Of a DNA stretch of 64,000 nt, positions 47,111 to 55,695 are shown piece by piece. The stretch lies in assembly GCA_951812955.1 (NCBI GenBank), contig OX638340.1, positions 1,056,001 to 1,120,000 on the forward strand, written 5' to 3'. Source of the DNA: an uncultured Gemmatimonadota bacterium (GTDB taxonomy: Bacteria; JAAXHH01). A program made the translations under genes and the position numbers. How positions within the stretch are numbered: the stretch's first letter is position 1; every line of letters starts with the position of its first letter. The notes below the pieces were generated by a model, which saw only the letters and a program-made list of their open reading frames with translations, was not told the DNA's origin and ran no database searches.

Positions 47111-47854
47111 TCACAACAAGTAGACGAATACGAAAATACCCGGCCAGACGAGCACGACGAAGCCCCAGAACATGCCGCCCATGACCAGGCCGTCATGATC
47201 TTCCCGGGTGTACGCTCCCCGGCTGAATCCACGCACCAGGTAGAGCAGCCCGAGAACGGCGATGAACGCGTGCAAAGCGTGGGTGCCGATCAAAACGTAA
47301 AAGACGGCGCCGTACAGGTTTTCCGTGACGGTCAGGCCGAATTCGATCAATCGTACCCATTCCACCCCCTGTACCACGAGGAACAGGATGCCAAGCAATG
47401 TGGCCGCGGTCAACATACGGCCGGTCGACCGCACTCGCCCGCGTCGTATGAATCGCAACGCGCCGGCCATGGCGGCGCCGCTGCCCAGCAGGACCAGGGT
47501 ATTGATGACAGACACTGTCAAAGGGAGCCTGGGCTGGTCCGCCGGGGGCCACTCAGGGTAGGATGCCCGCGCCAAGGCGAATGTTACGGTCAGGGTCAGG
47601 AAGAGAACGGCTTCGCTGGCGATAAACACCAGCATGCCCAGCACGTCGGCTCCAATGCCGGTCGGTTCGATGGAGGGTGAGCCGGTTGGTCCGTCACCAC
47701 CGCCTCCCTCCCCGTCACCGCCGCCGTTTCCGGTGTTGCGGCCATTGTTACCCGTCCGCCCGCCGCTGAAGCCGGGGACGCGAACCCACTCCCGTTCCCT
47801 GACTTTTGGTTGCAGCAGTTCGGTTCCGGTACCAGGCTCCGTCACCACAGACAT
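47111..47854 (-). CDS. Cytochrome c oxidase subunit III-family membrane protein (NorE-like) with Gly-rich N-terminal extension
   Basis: Five-TM CoxIII-like core (SEAVLFLTLTVTFALA...HALHAFIAVLGLLYLV), preceded by GNNGRNTGNGGGDGEGGGGDGPTG. Confidence 0.6.
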   Translation of the reverse strand: MSVVTEPGTGTELLQPKVREREWVRVPGFSGGRTGNNGRNTGNGGGDGEGGGGDGPTGSPSIEPTGIGADVLGMLVFIASEAVLFLTLTVTFALARASYPEWPPADQPRLPLTVSVINTLVLLGSGAAMAGALRFIRRGRVRSTGRMLTAATLLGILFLVVQGVEWVRLIEFGLTVTENLYGAVFYVLIGTHALHAFIAVLGLLYLVRGFSRGAYTREDHDGLVMGGMFWGFVVLVWPGIFVFVYLL

Positions 47855-47886
47855 TCCGCAAGGCTCCTGTCATCCACCGTCTAGAT

Positions 47887-48729
47887 TCACCCCAAGCGGT
47901 AAAAGGCTTTGGCGTTGTCGTGAAACAACTTGCTTCGTTCTTCGTCGGTAATGCCCTTCACCGCGTCCACGAGCGTGTCGAACCACGCCCGGTACGATGC
48001 CGCGAGCGTGCAGACCGGCCAGTCGCTGCCGTACATCACCCGGTCGAAACCGAAGATTTCGATCAGGTGATCGATGTAGGGCCTCAGGTCGTCGCCAGTC
48101 CAGTTTTCCTTCGCTCGTGTGACCAGCCCCGAGATCTTGCAGACCGTATTGGGAAACTCCGCCAATTGGTCCATGAAGGCTGCCCAGGGCGCGAATCCAT
48201 CCCCCGCGATATCCGGGCCCCCGCAGTGATTGATGGCGTGGGTGACATCGGGTGTCGCTCGAACCAGGGTCACCGCGGCGTCGAGTTGCGTGACGTTGGC
48301 ACACAGTTCGAAGGTGTATCCGTACCCTGGCAGTGTCCTGACGCCTTCGATCAGGGACGGCCAGGTGTAAAATTCGGGATCTTCGTGGTGCCACGCCATA
48401 CGCCGGACACCGACCACCATGGGATATTCCGCAGCAAGCCGCTCCAGGGTCTTCTCGCGGTCCTCAGATTCCAAAGGCGCCGTGGCGACTATAGCGCCGA
48501 TCATGCCGTCCCCGGCGGCTATACGCACGAGCCGATCGACCTCGGCCACTTCCGCGCCAGGCGCGGGATCCGCTTCAATATGGACGGATCTGATGATGTC
48601 GATGCCCTCGAATGCGGCCCGATAGTCTTCCGGTCCGTATCGCTGACGCAGGGCGTCGAATCCTTCAAGCCAGGGATAACTCAGTTCGGCCGTATCCCAG
48701 AGATGCTGATGCGCATCGATGATTTGCAT
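47887..48729 (-). CDS. Amidohydrolase-2 family (TIM-barrel metal-dependent hydrolase)
   Basis: MQIIDAHQHLWD N-terminal HxH motif. 280 aa. Confidence 0.8.
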   Translation of the reverse strand: MQIIDAHQHLWDTAELSYPWLEGFDALRQRYGPEDYRAAFEGIDIIRSVHIEADPAPGAEVAEVDRLVRIAAGDGMIGAIVATAPLESEDREKTLERLAAEYPMVVGVRRMAWHHEDPEFYTWPSLIEGVRTLPGYGYTFELCANVTQLDAAVTLVRATPDVTHAINHCGGPDIAGDGFAPWAAFMDQLAEFPNTVCKISGLVTRAKENWTGDDLRPYIDHLIEIFGFDRVMYGSDWPVCTLAASYRAWFDTLVDAVKGITDEERSKLFHDNAKAFYRLG

Positions 48730-48858
48730 GGAACACTTCCCTTGATACCCTTCTTCTCCACCGTGTCCAACGAGCGCGGCCGGTCGACAGGGTCCGGACC
48801 GGCCGGTGTATCGCCCGTAAATCCTTCGCAGGATCCGGGCCGGCCGGTGTGTCGTGCG

Positions 48859-49755
48859 TTATTCCATCGTACTGTAACTGTTATAGATCGTCTCGATCCA
48901 ACGTGCCTCCGGGACGAAATCACTTGCGTATCCGGTCCATTCATCCGGCAGACCCGCCGCCTTGATCTCGTCGAGCGTCTTTCCCTCCGCCATCATTGCA
49001 CGGACGGCATCCGTGGTCGCGACGAGCATATCGTGGTAGGACTGCAGGGCCGCCCGGTCTCCCAGGTCGCCGTGTCCCGGGATGACGTGGGTGTCCGGTC
49101 CGATCACCGACAGCACGTGGGCGATGTTTTCGATCAGTCCGCCTACCGTACCGCCACTACCCAGGTCAACATAAGGGAAGCGCCCGTTGAAGAAAGTATC
49201 TCCCATGTGCACCACGTCCGAACCCGTGAAATAAACGTAACTGTCGGTATCCGTGTGCCCTTCGGGAATGTGCACCAGCTTGATCTCTTCCCCGTTGAAA
49301 TGGACCGACACCTCTTCGTCGAAGGTGATGACGGGCCAGCCGTCCTCCACCATCGCAGGTATAGTCTGGTCACCCCGTTGCACTGGCATGGAGACCCTTT
49401 TTCGGACGTTGGTATGAGCGATTATGGTCGCCTCCAGGCCGAAGATCGGATTGCCACCAACGTGATCGCCGTGAAAATGGGTGTTCAGGACGAACTTGAG
49501 GGGCCCCGCGTGCAGACCCTGAAGGGCCGACTTGATCTTATCGGCCAGCGGCGCATACTGGTCGTCGACGATCAGTATGCCGTCGTCACCGACCGACACA
49601 CCGATGTTGCCTCCGCTGCCCGTCAGCATGTAGATGTTGCCGACAACGGGATGGGCTTCGACGACGACCTCGTCCCAGTTCCGTTGTGCCTCCGCCGCGC
49701 CATATGCCAGGAAAGTGGCTGCAGCCGCGACCGCAAAATTAAAGATCCGCTTCAT
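48859..49755 (-). CDS. Secreted MBL-fold metallo-hydrolase (metallo-beta-lactamase superfamily)
   Basis: Signal peptide MKRIFNFAVAAAATFLAYGAAEA, motif HFHGDHVGG, and a strong RBS (GGGAGGG) before the trimmed start. Confidence 0.8.
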   Translation of the reverse strand: MKRIFNFAVAAAATFLAYGAAEAQRNWDEVVVEAHPVVGNIYMLTGSGGNIGVSVGDDGILIVDDQYAPLADKIKSALQGLHAGPLKFVLNTHFHGDHVGGNPIFGLEATIIAHTNVRKRVSMPVQRGDQTIPAMVEDGWPVITFDEEVSVHFNGEEIKLVHIPEGHTDTDSYVYFTGSDVVHMGDTFFNGRFPYVDLGSGGTVGGLIENIAHVLSVIGPDTHVIPGHGDLGDRAALQSYHDMLVATTDAVRAMMAEGKTLDEIKAAGLPDEWTGYASDFVPEARWIETIYNSYSTME

Positions 49756-49931
49756 GGAAATCCCTCCCGTTTTAATCAACACTCATCTTCCAGATCATAC
49801 TGTTCCTTCGTGCCGATTCTTCGTGCCGATTCATCGTGGCTGATTCTTCGTGGCCGACTTCCTTACTGATTGCTAGACCGAACGAGTATACGAATCCTTC
49901 GCGGGGCTGTCATGCCTATTCTGTACCTTCG

Positions 49932-50237
49932 TCAACCATGCCGTCCATAGAACGCTTCCGCCGTCTTGCAGGTGACGAACAGGTTTCCCAGGAACAGCGC
50001 AATGAAGAGGTACATGGGCCAACCAGGGGCGTACCACCAGGCCAGACCGCAGAAGAACGTACCCAGCAGCGTGCCGGGAAGCACCATCTTGTTGTAAGCG
50101 ACCTTGAGCAGTACGAGGACGCACAACCCGGCGAAACCCTTCAGAATCAAACCCGTCGTCGTACCGGGCGATTGGAGCGCCAGAACGACAAAAACGCAGA
50201 TGAAGCCCTGCAGTACAATGGGAAGCGTTCGGTTCAT
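49932..50237 (-). CDS. Small hypothetical membrane protein (3 TM helices)
   Basis: Hydrophobic ~100-aa ORF. Start trimmed to MNRTLPIV. Confidence 0.35.
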   Translation of the reverse strand: MNRTLPIVLQGFICVFVVLALQSPGTTTGLILKGFAGLCVLVLLKVAYNKMVLPGTLLGTFFCGLAWWYAPGWPMYLFIALFLGNLFVTCKTAEAFYGRHG

Positions 50238-50577
50238 CGGGTATAACAATAATCCGGTCTTGAAGGGAGAACGTTCATCCCGGGAAGACAAGGTCAGGCA
50301 CCACGAACGGCCAGGCACCCGGCCCGACCCGGTTACGTTAAGGGTCAGGGTATGACTGTCTCACCGTTCCAATCGAAGGGAAAGGACTGGTATAATCCAT
50401 CAGGTGCCAGTTGTAACCCGGAATTCCCGCCGTACCAGGTTGATCTGCTTTCCGCCTGCTCGCCTTAGGCACCTGTTTCACCCCATTCTCCCTGGCATGC
50501 AACCGCAAGTAACGCCTCCGTCAGCACAGCCGCTCTTAGCGACACCCAAAGACCTCAATTCATCCCTGTATACCGGA

Positions 50578-51744
50578 TTATGGAAGCGAAATTTCACCGT
50601 TCCAGTTCTTCGGGAAGGCCTGGTATTCAGCATGTGGATAAGACTGCGCGTCAACTCCTGTGCTTTCGGTGTCGTTCAGTCCATCGACAGAAACGGTAGC
50701 ATCCAAGCTGGCCAGATAGTCCAGCAATTCCCAAGCCGCCGATATGTTTACGCCGAAATTGTCGAGTGTATCTATGGACGCCAGGAACTCTTCTTCTTCC
50801 TCTTCCTCTTCTTCTTCGCCTTCACCTTCACCTTCTCCCTCACCTTCGCCTTCTCCCTCACCCTCTTCCTCCTCGTCGTCGGGAAAAGGGATGATCTGAT
50901 TGATCCCCGCGTGGTTTATCGCGATGATGTTACCCGCGTGATCGAAGACCGGGCTCCCGCTCGTTCCACCACGGGTGGCGAGGTTATAGTGGACCAGGTC
51001 CCCGGTGTTTATTGGGAAATCCAGAAAGGACGGATTATAGAACGGCCGAAGCGCACTGATCGTACCATCCTTGAAACTGGCGACCGGAAGAATAGCGTCG
51101 AAGATCCGAGGCAATCTCGGAAAGCCGAGGGTTCCAACGGGTTGCCCTGCACGCAGGTCATCGGTGTATTCTCTCGGCAGAAACGAAGGGGTAGCGTGGG
51201 AGATTTCGCCATTGATCCTGATCAAAGCGATATCCGCAGACATGACGGAACCATCGTATTCGGGGTGAAATACGTAAGGCGCCCACAAGTACGTTTCATC
51301 GCCGCCAATCAGGGTGCCCGTACGGGTGACGAACGGGATCGGGTTCAGTTCCACGATTTCCGGATCATTGATGAATTCCAAGACACCCTCGACCACGTGG
51401 GCATTGGTCCAGAGCTTGTCGGTGAAATACGCGCTGAAAGCGGTCCCGCCCGAAAAGGCTCCTTCGTCGGTCAACACACCGACAATGTAGATGGCATCCT
51501 GCAGATTGCCGCTCTCGATGACATCCGCCCAGTTGAGCGTCTCGCCGGGGACGCCCTGATCGCCCTTATCTCCCTGGGCTCCCTGGACGCCCTGGACGCC
51601 TTGGACGCCTTGAACACCCTGGGTTCCCTGGACGCCCTGGGCTCCCTGGACGCCCTGATCGCCCCGTGGACCCAGGGGACCCTGATCGCCCTTGCAGGCT
51701 ACCAGGACGAATGCAAATGCAAGTATCGTCGTTAACCTCGCCAT
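50578..51744 (-). CDS. Lipoprotein with collagen-like (Gly-X-Y)16 repeat, trypsin-like (S1) serine protease domain and acidic poly(Glu-Gly)/poly-Glu tract
   Basis: Lipobox LVAC after MARLTTILAFAF. GDQGPLGPRGDQGVQGAQGVQG... repeat. Protease triad context WTNAHVV (His), DIALIRI (Asp), GTSGSPVF (Ser). DDEEEEGEGEGEGEGEGEGEGEEEEEEEEEEE tract. Strong RBS AAGGGGTG. Confidence 0.7.
   Translation of the reverse strand: MARLTTILAFAFVLVACKGDQGPLGPRGDQGVQGAQGVQGTQGVQGVQGVQGVQGAQGDKGDQGVPGETLNWADVIESGNLQDAIYIVGVLTDEGAFSGGTAFSAYFTDKLWTNAHVVEGVLEFINDPEIVELNPIPFVTRTGTLIGGDETYLWAPYVFHPEYDGSVMSADIALIRINGEISHATPSFLPREYTDDLRAGQPVGTLGFPRLPRIFDAILPVASFKDGTISALRPFYNPSFLDFPINTGDLVHYNLATRGGTSGSPVFDHAGNIIAINHAGINQIIPFPDDEEEEGEGEGEGEGEGEGEGEEEEEEEEEEFLASIDTLDNFGVNISAAWELLDYLASLDATVSVDGLNDTESTGVDAQSYPHAEYQAFPKNWNGEISLP
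50788..50880 (-). repeat. Simple-sequence repeat (ttc/ctc and 6-bp ttcacc/ttcgcc units) encoding the poly-E/poly-EG tract
   Basis: Plus strand reads ttcttcttcctcttcctcttcttcttcgccttcaccttcaccttctccctcaccttcgccttctccctcaccctcttcctcctcgtcgtc. Confidence 0.7.
51544..51690 (-). repeat. 9-bp periodic repeat encoding the collagen-like Gly-X-Y tract
   Basis: ggacgccctgggctccctggacgccctggacgccttggacgccttgaacaccctgggttccctggacgccctggg on the plus strand. Confidence 0.7.
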
Positions 51745-52006
51745 GTTCACCCCTTCTACAGAAGTTCCGCCACTCCGGCCGACTGTTCGGCATTTCATAT
51801 AAACTCCAAAGAATGAAGGATATTACATCAATACCCGGCTATTGCAAGGAATTACCACTTGTGTAACATAATCTGTTAGACACATGTCGGGTTCAGGGGA
51901 TAGATTGTCCTGAACCCATTTGCGATCAGGATTACGGCATACCTACTCGCCAGACGGCGGAACGCGGCTATGCCGGTCTAACCGGGACCTTTGCGAGGAA
52001 CTCACC

Positions 52007-53113
52007 ATGCCTGTCCAGGATTACCCGACTTACGCCGGGGTTGGCGTTCGGCCCCTCATCAACTGCAAGGGTACGCTGACCATGTACAGCGGATCGGTCA
52101 TGCTGCCTGAAGTCAGGCGGGCCATGGCCGATGCTTCCGGGAAGTACGTGCATATCGAAGAATTGATGGCCGGCGTGGGCCGGCGTATCGGCGAAATTAT
52201 GAAAACGGAGTTCGGGCTCGTGACCAACGGATGTGCCGCCGCGCTTTGTCAGGTGACCGCCGCGTGCGTGGCGGGAACCGACCTGGACCGAATCGCCAGG
52301 CTGCCGGACACCACGGGAATGAAGAACGAAGTCGTCACGCTCAAGACCCACCGTCACGTATACGATCACGCCATTCGCATGGTAGGGATCTCTCTCGTGG
52401 AGACCGAAGACGATCCAGAGAAATTCAGGTCCGCCTTCAACGAGCAGACGGCCATGGTCGCTATATTCGGCGACCGGGCGGGCGACGGCGCCATGACCGT
52501 GGCCGATATCGTCCATATCGCCCATGATCACGGTGTTCCCGTTCTTGTGGACGCGGCCGCCGAACGCCCGGATGTACCTAATCCATACCTGGCGGACGGC
52601 GTGGACGCCGTTGCATACAGCGGCGGCAAGTGCCTCAGGGGCCCGCAGGCCTCGGGGTTGGTGCTGGGACGGCGCGAACTGCTGTGGGCCGCGTTCGCAA
52701 ACGGCGCGCCGCACCACTCCATCGCGCGCCCGATGAAGGCTGGCAAGGAGGAGATCATGGGACTCCTCGCGGCCGTGGAACAGTGGGTGGCGAGAGATCA
52801 CGAAGCGGAATGGAAGGCATGGGAAGGATATCTTCAGACCATTATTGATGCGGTTGCCCCGCTTCCATCCATACGAACGACGATCAGGCAACCGGGCCGG
52901 TCCAACGTGGCTCCGGTTTTGCATTTGGACTGGGATACATCGAAAATAGGCATCGAACCGGACGAAGTCGCCCGCATGTTGTCTGAAGGAGACCCCCGGA
53001 TCGAAATGGGCGGGGGACGCGGCCTGTCCGTCATGCCCTATATGATGGAATCCGGCGAGGATGCCCTGGTGGCCGCACGGCTCGCAGAGATCCTGGGACC
53101 GCGGGTGCGGTGA
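52007..53113 (+). CDS. SelA-family PLP-dependent enzyme (DgaE/L-seryl-tRNA selenium transferase-related). The ~370-aa length fits DgaE rather than canonical SelA
   Basis: YSGGKCLRGPQASGLVLGRREL matches the SelA/DgaE PLP-lysine block (SGDKLLGGPQAG). RBS GAGGAA precedes ATG 52007. Confidence 0.55.
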   Translation: MPVQDYPTYAGVGVRPLINCKGTLTMYSGSVMLPEVRRAMADASGKYVHIEELMAGVGRRIGEIMKTEFGLVTNGCAAALCQVTAACVAGTDLDRIARLPDTTGMKNEVVTLKTHRHVYDHAIRMVGISLVETEDDPEKFRSAFNEQTAMVAIFGDRAGDGAMTVADIVHIAHDHGVPVLVDAAAERPDVPNPYLADGVDAVAYSGGKCLRGPQASGLVLGRRELLWAAFANGAPHHSIARPMKAGKEEIMGLLAAVEQWVARDHEAEWKAWEGYLQTIIDAVAPLPSIRTTIRQPGRSNVAPVLHLDWDTSKIGIEPDEVARMLSEGDPRIEMGGGRGLSVMPYMMESGEDALVAARLAEILGPRVR

Positions 53114-53130
53114 AAACAGGGAGGCACACC

Positions 53131-53445
53131 ATGAAGGTAATCGTTGATCTGTGCGTGGTGCCCATTGGGGTCGGTGTATCGGTCTCAGCGTACGTTACGG
53201 CCTGTGAAAGGGTGCTGAGAAAGGCGGGGCTCAAGACCTTCATGCATGCTTACGGGACCAATATCGAAGGCGAGTGGGATGCGGTTTTCGAGGCCGTGAA
53301 GCAATGCCATGCGACCGTGCACGAAATGGGCGTGCCGAGGATTTCCACGACCATCCGCCTGGGTACGCGAACCGACCGTGCGCAGACCATGGTAGAGAAG
53401 ATGGAAAGCGTCGAACGAAAGCTGAAAGACGAAACATCCTCCTGA
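53131..53445 (+). CDS. MTH1187/YkoF-family small protein (thiamine/ligand-binding ferredoxin-like fold)
   Basis: MKVIVDLCVVPIG...YGTNIEGEWDAVFEAVKQCHATVHEMG pattern. RBS GGGAGG. Overlaps the upstream stop. Confidence 0.65.
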   Translation: MKVIVDLCVVPIGVGVSVSAYVTACERVLRKAGLKTFMHAYGTNIEGEWDAVFEAVKQCHATVHEMGVPRISTTIRLGTRTDRAQTMVEKMESVERKLKDETSS

Positions 53446-53617
53446 TGCGGCCATGAAAATCACGGATGTCCGCACGTTACTCATGAACGCCTCGGAATAC
53501 GACTATCAATACATCGCCGCCCACAGGAACAGGGCGCGCTGGCTGGAAGGAAGCGGGAAGGGCTGGCGTTAGTCAGCGGCCGCTGCCGACCTGGACCCCT
53601 GCCAGACGGCGTTGGAT

Positions 53618-54583
53618 TTAGTTCCCGACGGCTTCGCTGATGTGTCCGAACAGTTGTCGAATGCGTTTCAAGTGCATCTCGGGGAGAGCCCCCCTGGCGA
53701 TGCTGTGGATGTTCTGCTCGATCTTGTCCAGGGTAACCGCGCTGCACACGGCGGTCGTGACGCCCTCCGTATATACGACAAATCGATAGGCCGCTTCGAC
53801 CAGCGTATCGATTTCCGGATCCTCGAGCAGGAAGTCGTACGGCGCACTGGGATCGATGGATTCATCCAAAAACTCCTGGCGCTGCAGTTCTTCAATCGTC
53901 TCCTTGAGACGCGACGGATCTTTGAAGATGTTACGCACCGAGAAGATGTTCATTACGCCCACGTCGTGCTCCCTGCAGTAGGGGAAGACCGTATGACGCG
54001 CGGACTGGTTGAGCATGCTGTAGGCGATCATGATGACGTCCAGTTTCCCGGTTGGCAACGCCGCCCGCAACCAGGCATGGGCGCCGTCGGACAACGCGGT
54101 CTCGCTGGATCCGAGGAAACGGATTTTACCTTGCTGGCACAAACGTTCCAGAACGGGGAACTGCTCGTTGATCATATAGTCGAAATCGGCGTTCTCGGTC
54201 GCGGCGATCAACGCCACGTCGATCGCGTCTACTCCCAGACGGCGCAGACTGGTCTCGATGGAATCCGTAATATGCTCCGGGGTCATCAGGACCGGCCCCC
54301 GTTCTTCGTCGAACTGCGAGAGTACGACCCTGGTGGCAATGTAGTATCGGTCGCGCGGAATGCCTTGAAAGGCCCGCCCGAGTATTGCCTCGGCTTCAAG
54401 GTAGCCCGGAGACGTATCGAAAAGGTTAATGCCCAGGTCCAGGACCCCGTGAACGAGCCGGTGCATCTCTGATTCGGTGAGCGGAGGATCGCTGGTCTGA
54501 CCCAGCCGATTGTACCCGCCGGATCCCATGCTGAGCGTCGATACGTTCAATCCTGTACGGCCCAGGGGACGGTAAGAAACCAT
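53618..54583 (-). CDS. Aldo/keto reductase
   Basis: MVSYRPLGRTGLNVSTLSMGSG... AKR N-terminus. RBS CAGGAG. The tool's longer start is rejected. Confidence 0.8.
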   Translation of the reverse strand: MVSYRPLGRTGLNVSTLSMGSGGYNRLGQTSDPPLTESEMHRLVHGVLDLGINLFDTSPGYLEAEAILGRAFQGIPRDRYYIATRVVLSQFDEERGPVLMTPEHITDSIETSLRRLGVDAIDVALIAATENADFDYMINEQFPVLERLCQQGKIRFLGSSETALSDGAHAWLRAALPTGKLDVIMIAYSMLNQSARHTVFPYCREHDVGVMNIFSVRNIFKDPSRLKETIEELQRQEFLDESIDPSAPYDFLLEDPEIDTLVEAAYRFVVYTEGVTTAVCSAVTLDKIEQNIHSIARGALPEMHLKRIRQLFGHISEAVGN

Positions 54584-54727
54584 ATCAACTCCTGAAGGGG
54601 TCGACTGAAGGTGCCGGCCTCGGTGAGATTGGCCTTTACAAAGACGTGGGTTTTGACTATCGATCCTGCATCGTACTCCAACTTCTGAAACCACGCTCTG
54701 GATTCACGTTAAGCGGAAGGAACGGGC

Positions 54728-55558
54728 ATGTCAACCGTCGAAGATCTCGTCAAGCGGATCAGGATCGAGGGGTGGTGCGTTGTGGACGGCGTAATACCTC
54801 CTGACGAAGTGGTAAAGGTCCGCGACAGTTTGATCGCCACGGCGGACGGACGGCCCGATGACCTGGCGAATGGCCGCCACTGCGTTCGAGGAATCATCGC
54901 ATACGACCAGGCGATCGCCCCCTACCTGTCCGACGACCGGATCATGGGCATCAACGAAGCGTTTTTCGGCAAGCACGTGCGCATTTCCATGACGACGGGC
55001 GTAATACTCCACCCCGGTTATCCCCGGACAGACGACCCAGGCGGAGGCCTTCACTCCGACTGGCCCTTCGGACAGGGCTACGACTATCGCATCCCGGCGC
55101 CGTATCCGGACTCCCCGCTGCTGCTGACCAGCCTATGGATGCTCACGCCCTTCACCAGGGAGAACGGCGGTACCGTACTGGTGCCTGGAAGCCACAAGGC
55201 GGGCAACAATCCGACGGGAGACAGCAGCCTGGTGCCGGGAACGACCCATCCATCGGAAATCCAGGCCGTAGGCGAACCGGGAAGCGTGTTGCTCTTCGAC
55301 AGCCGGACCTGGCATATAAACGGACACAACAACAGCGAAGAGACCCGCATGGCCATCATCGCCCGTTACGCGGCGTGGTGGTTCAACCTCAACCCGCTTA
55401 TTCCCGGTCTATCGGACTTCGAACGCGATGCGGCCGACCGGGGCTTCAGGCCTGATGATGTCGTGCCGCTGACTCCGGAGCAGTATGACGCGCTGCCTGA
55501 ACGCACCAGGCCCCTGTTCCACCACATCGTCCTGGGACAGAGAGTCCTTCCGTCCTAG
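54728..55558 (+). CDS. Phytanoyl-CoA dioxygenase (PhyH) family oxygenase (second copy)
   Basis: PhyH-like fold motifs (HSDWP...H). 276 aa. Confidence 0.7.
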   Translation: MSTVEDLVKRIRIEGWCVVDGVIPPDEVVKVRDSLIATADGRPDDLANGRHCVRGIIAYDQAIAPYLSDDRIMGINEAFFGKHVRISMTTGVILHPGYPRTDDPGGGLHSDWPFGQGYDYRIPAPYPDSPLLLTSLWMLTPFTRENGGTVLVPGSHKAGNNPTGDSSLVPGTTHPSEIQAVGEPGSVLLFDSRTWHINGHNNSEETRMAIIARYAAWWFNLNPLIPGLSDFERDAADRGFRPDDVVPLTPEQYDALPERTRPLFHHIVLGQRVLPS

Positions 55559-55695
55559 GCGCCGTCCGCCTGAATGCTCCACAGTCCTGGCGACGGAGCC
55601 TTTACCGGTCAGGCGATGGGACCGGAGGTATCACGTCCGGCTAAAACAGGGAATGTTAAACGCGAAAACAGGGAATGTAAGACGGTAAGGAATGC

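Noticed and set aside
47806-49869. 687-aa plus-strand ORF spanning the amidohydrolase and MBL genes on the opposite strand
   Set aside because: It crosses an intergenic region and two convincing minus-strand genes. It is an open frame by chance in GC-rich DNA.
50404-51735. 443-aa plus-strand ORF (FFFLFLFFFAFTFTFSLTFAFSLTLF…)
   Set aside because: It is the antisense reading of the collagen-like/poly-EG repeats of the minus-strand protease gene. Low-complexity, with no RBS.
51920-52006. 5' extension of the SelA-family ORF (MRSGLRHTYSPDGGTRLC…)
   Set aside because: ATG 52007 is preceded by a GAGGAA Shine-Dalgarno sequence. The upstream extension covers the hairpin-containing leader.
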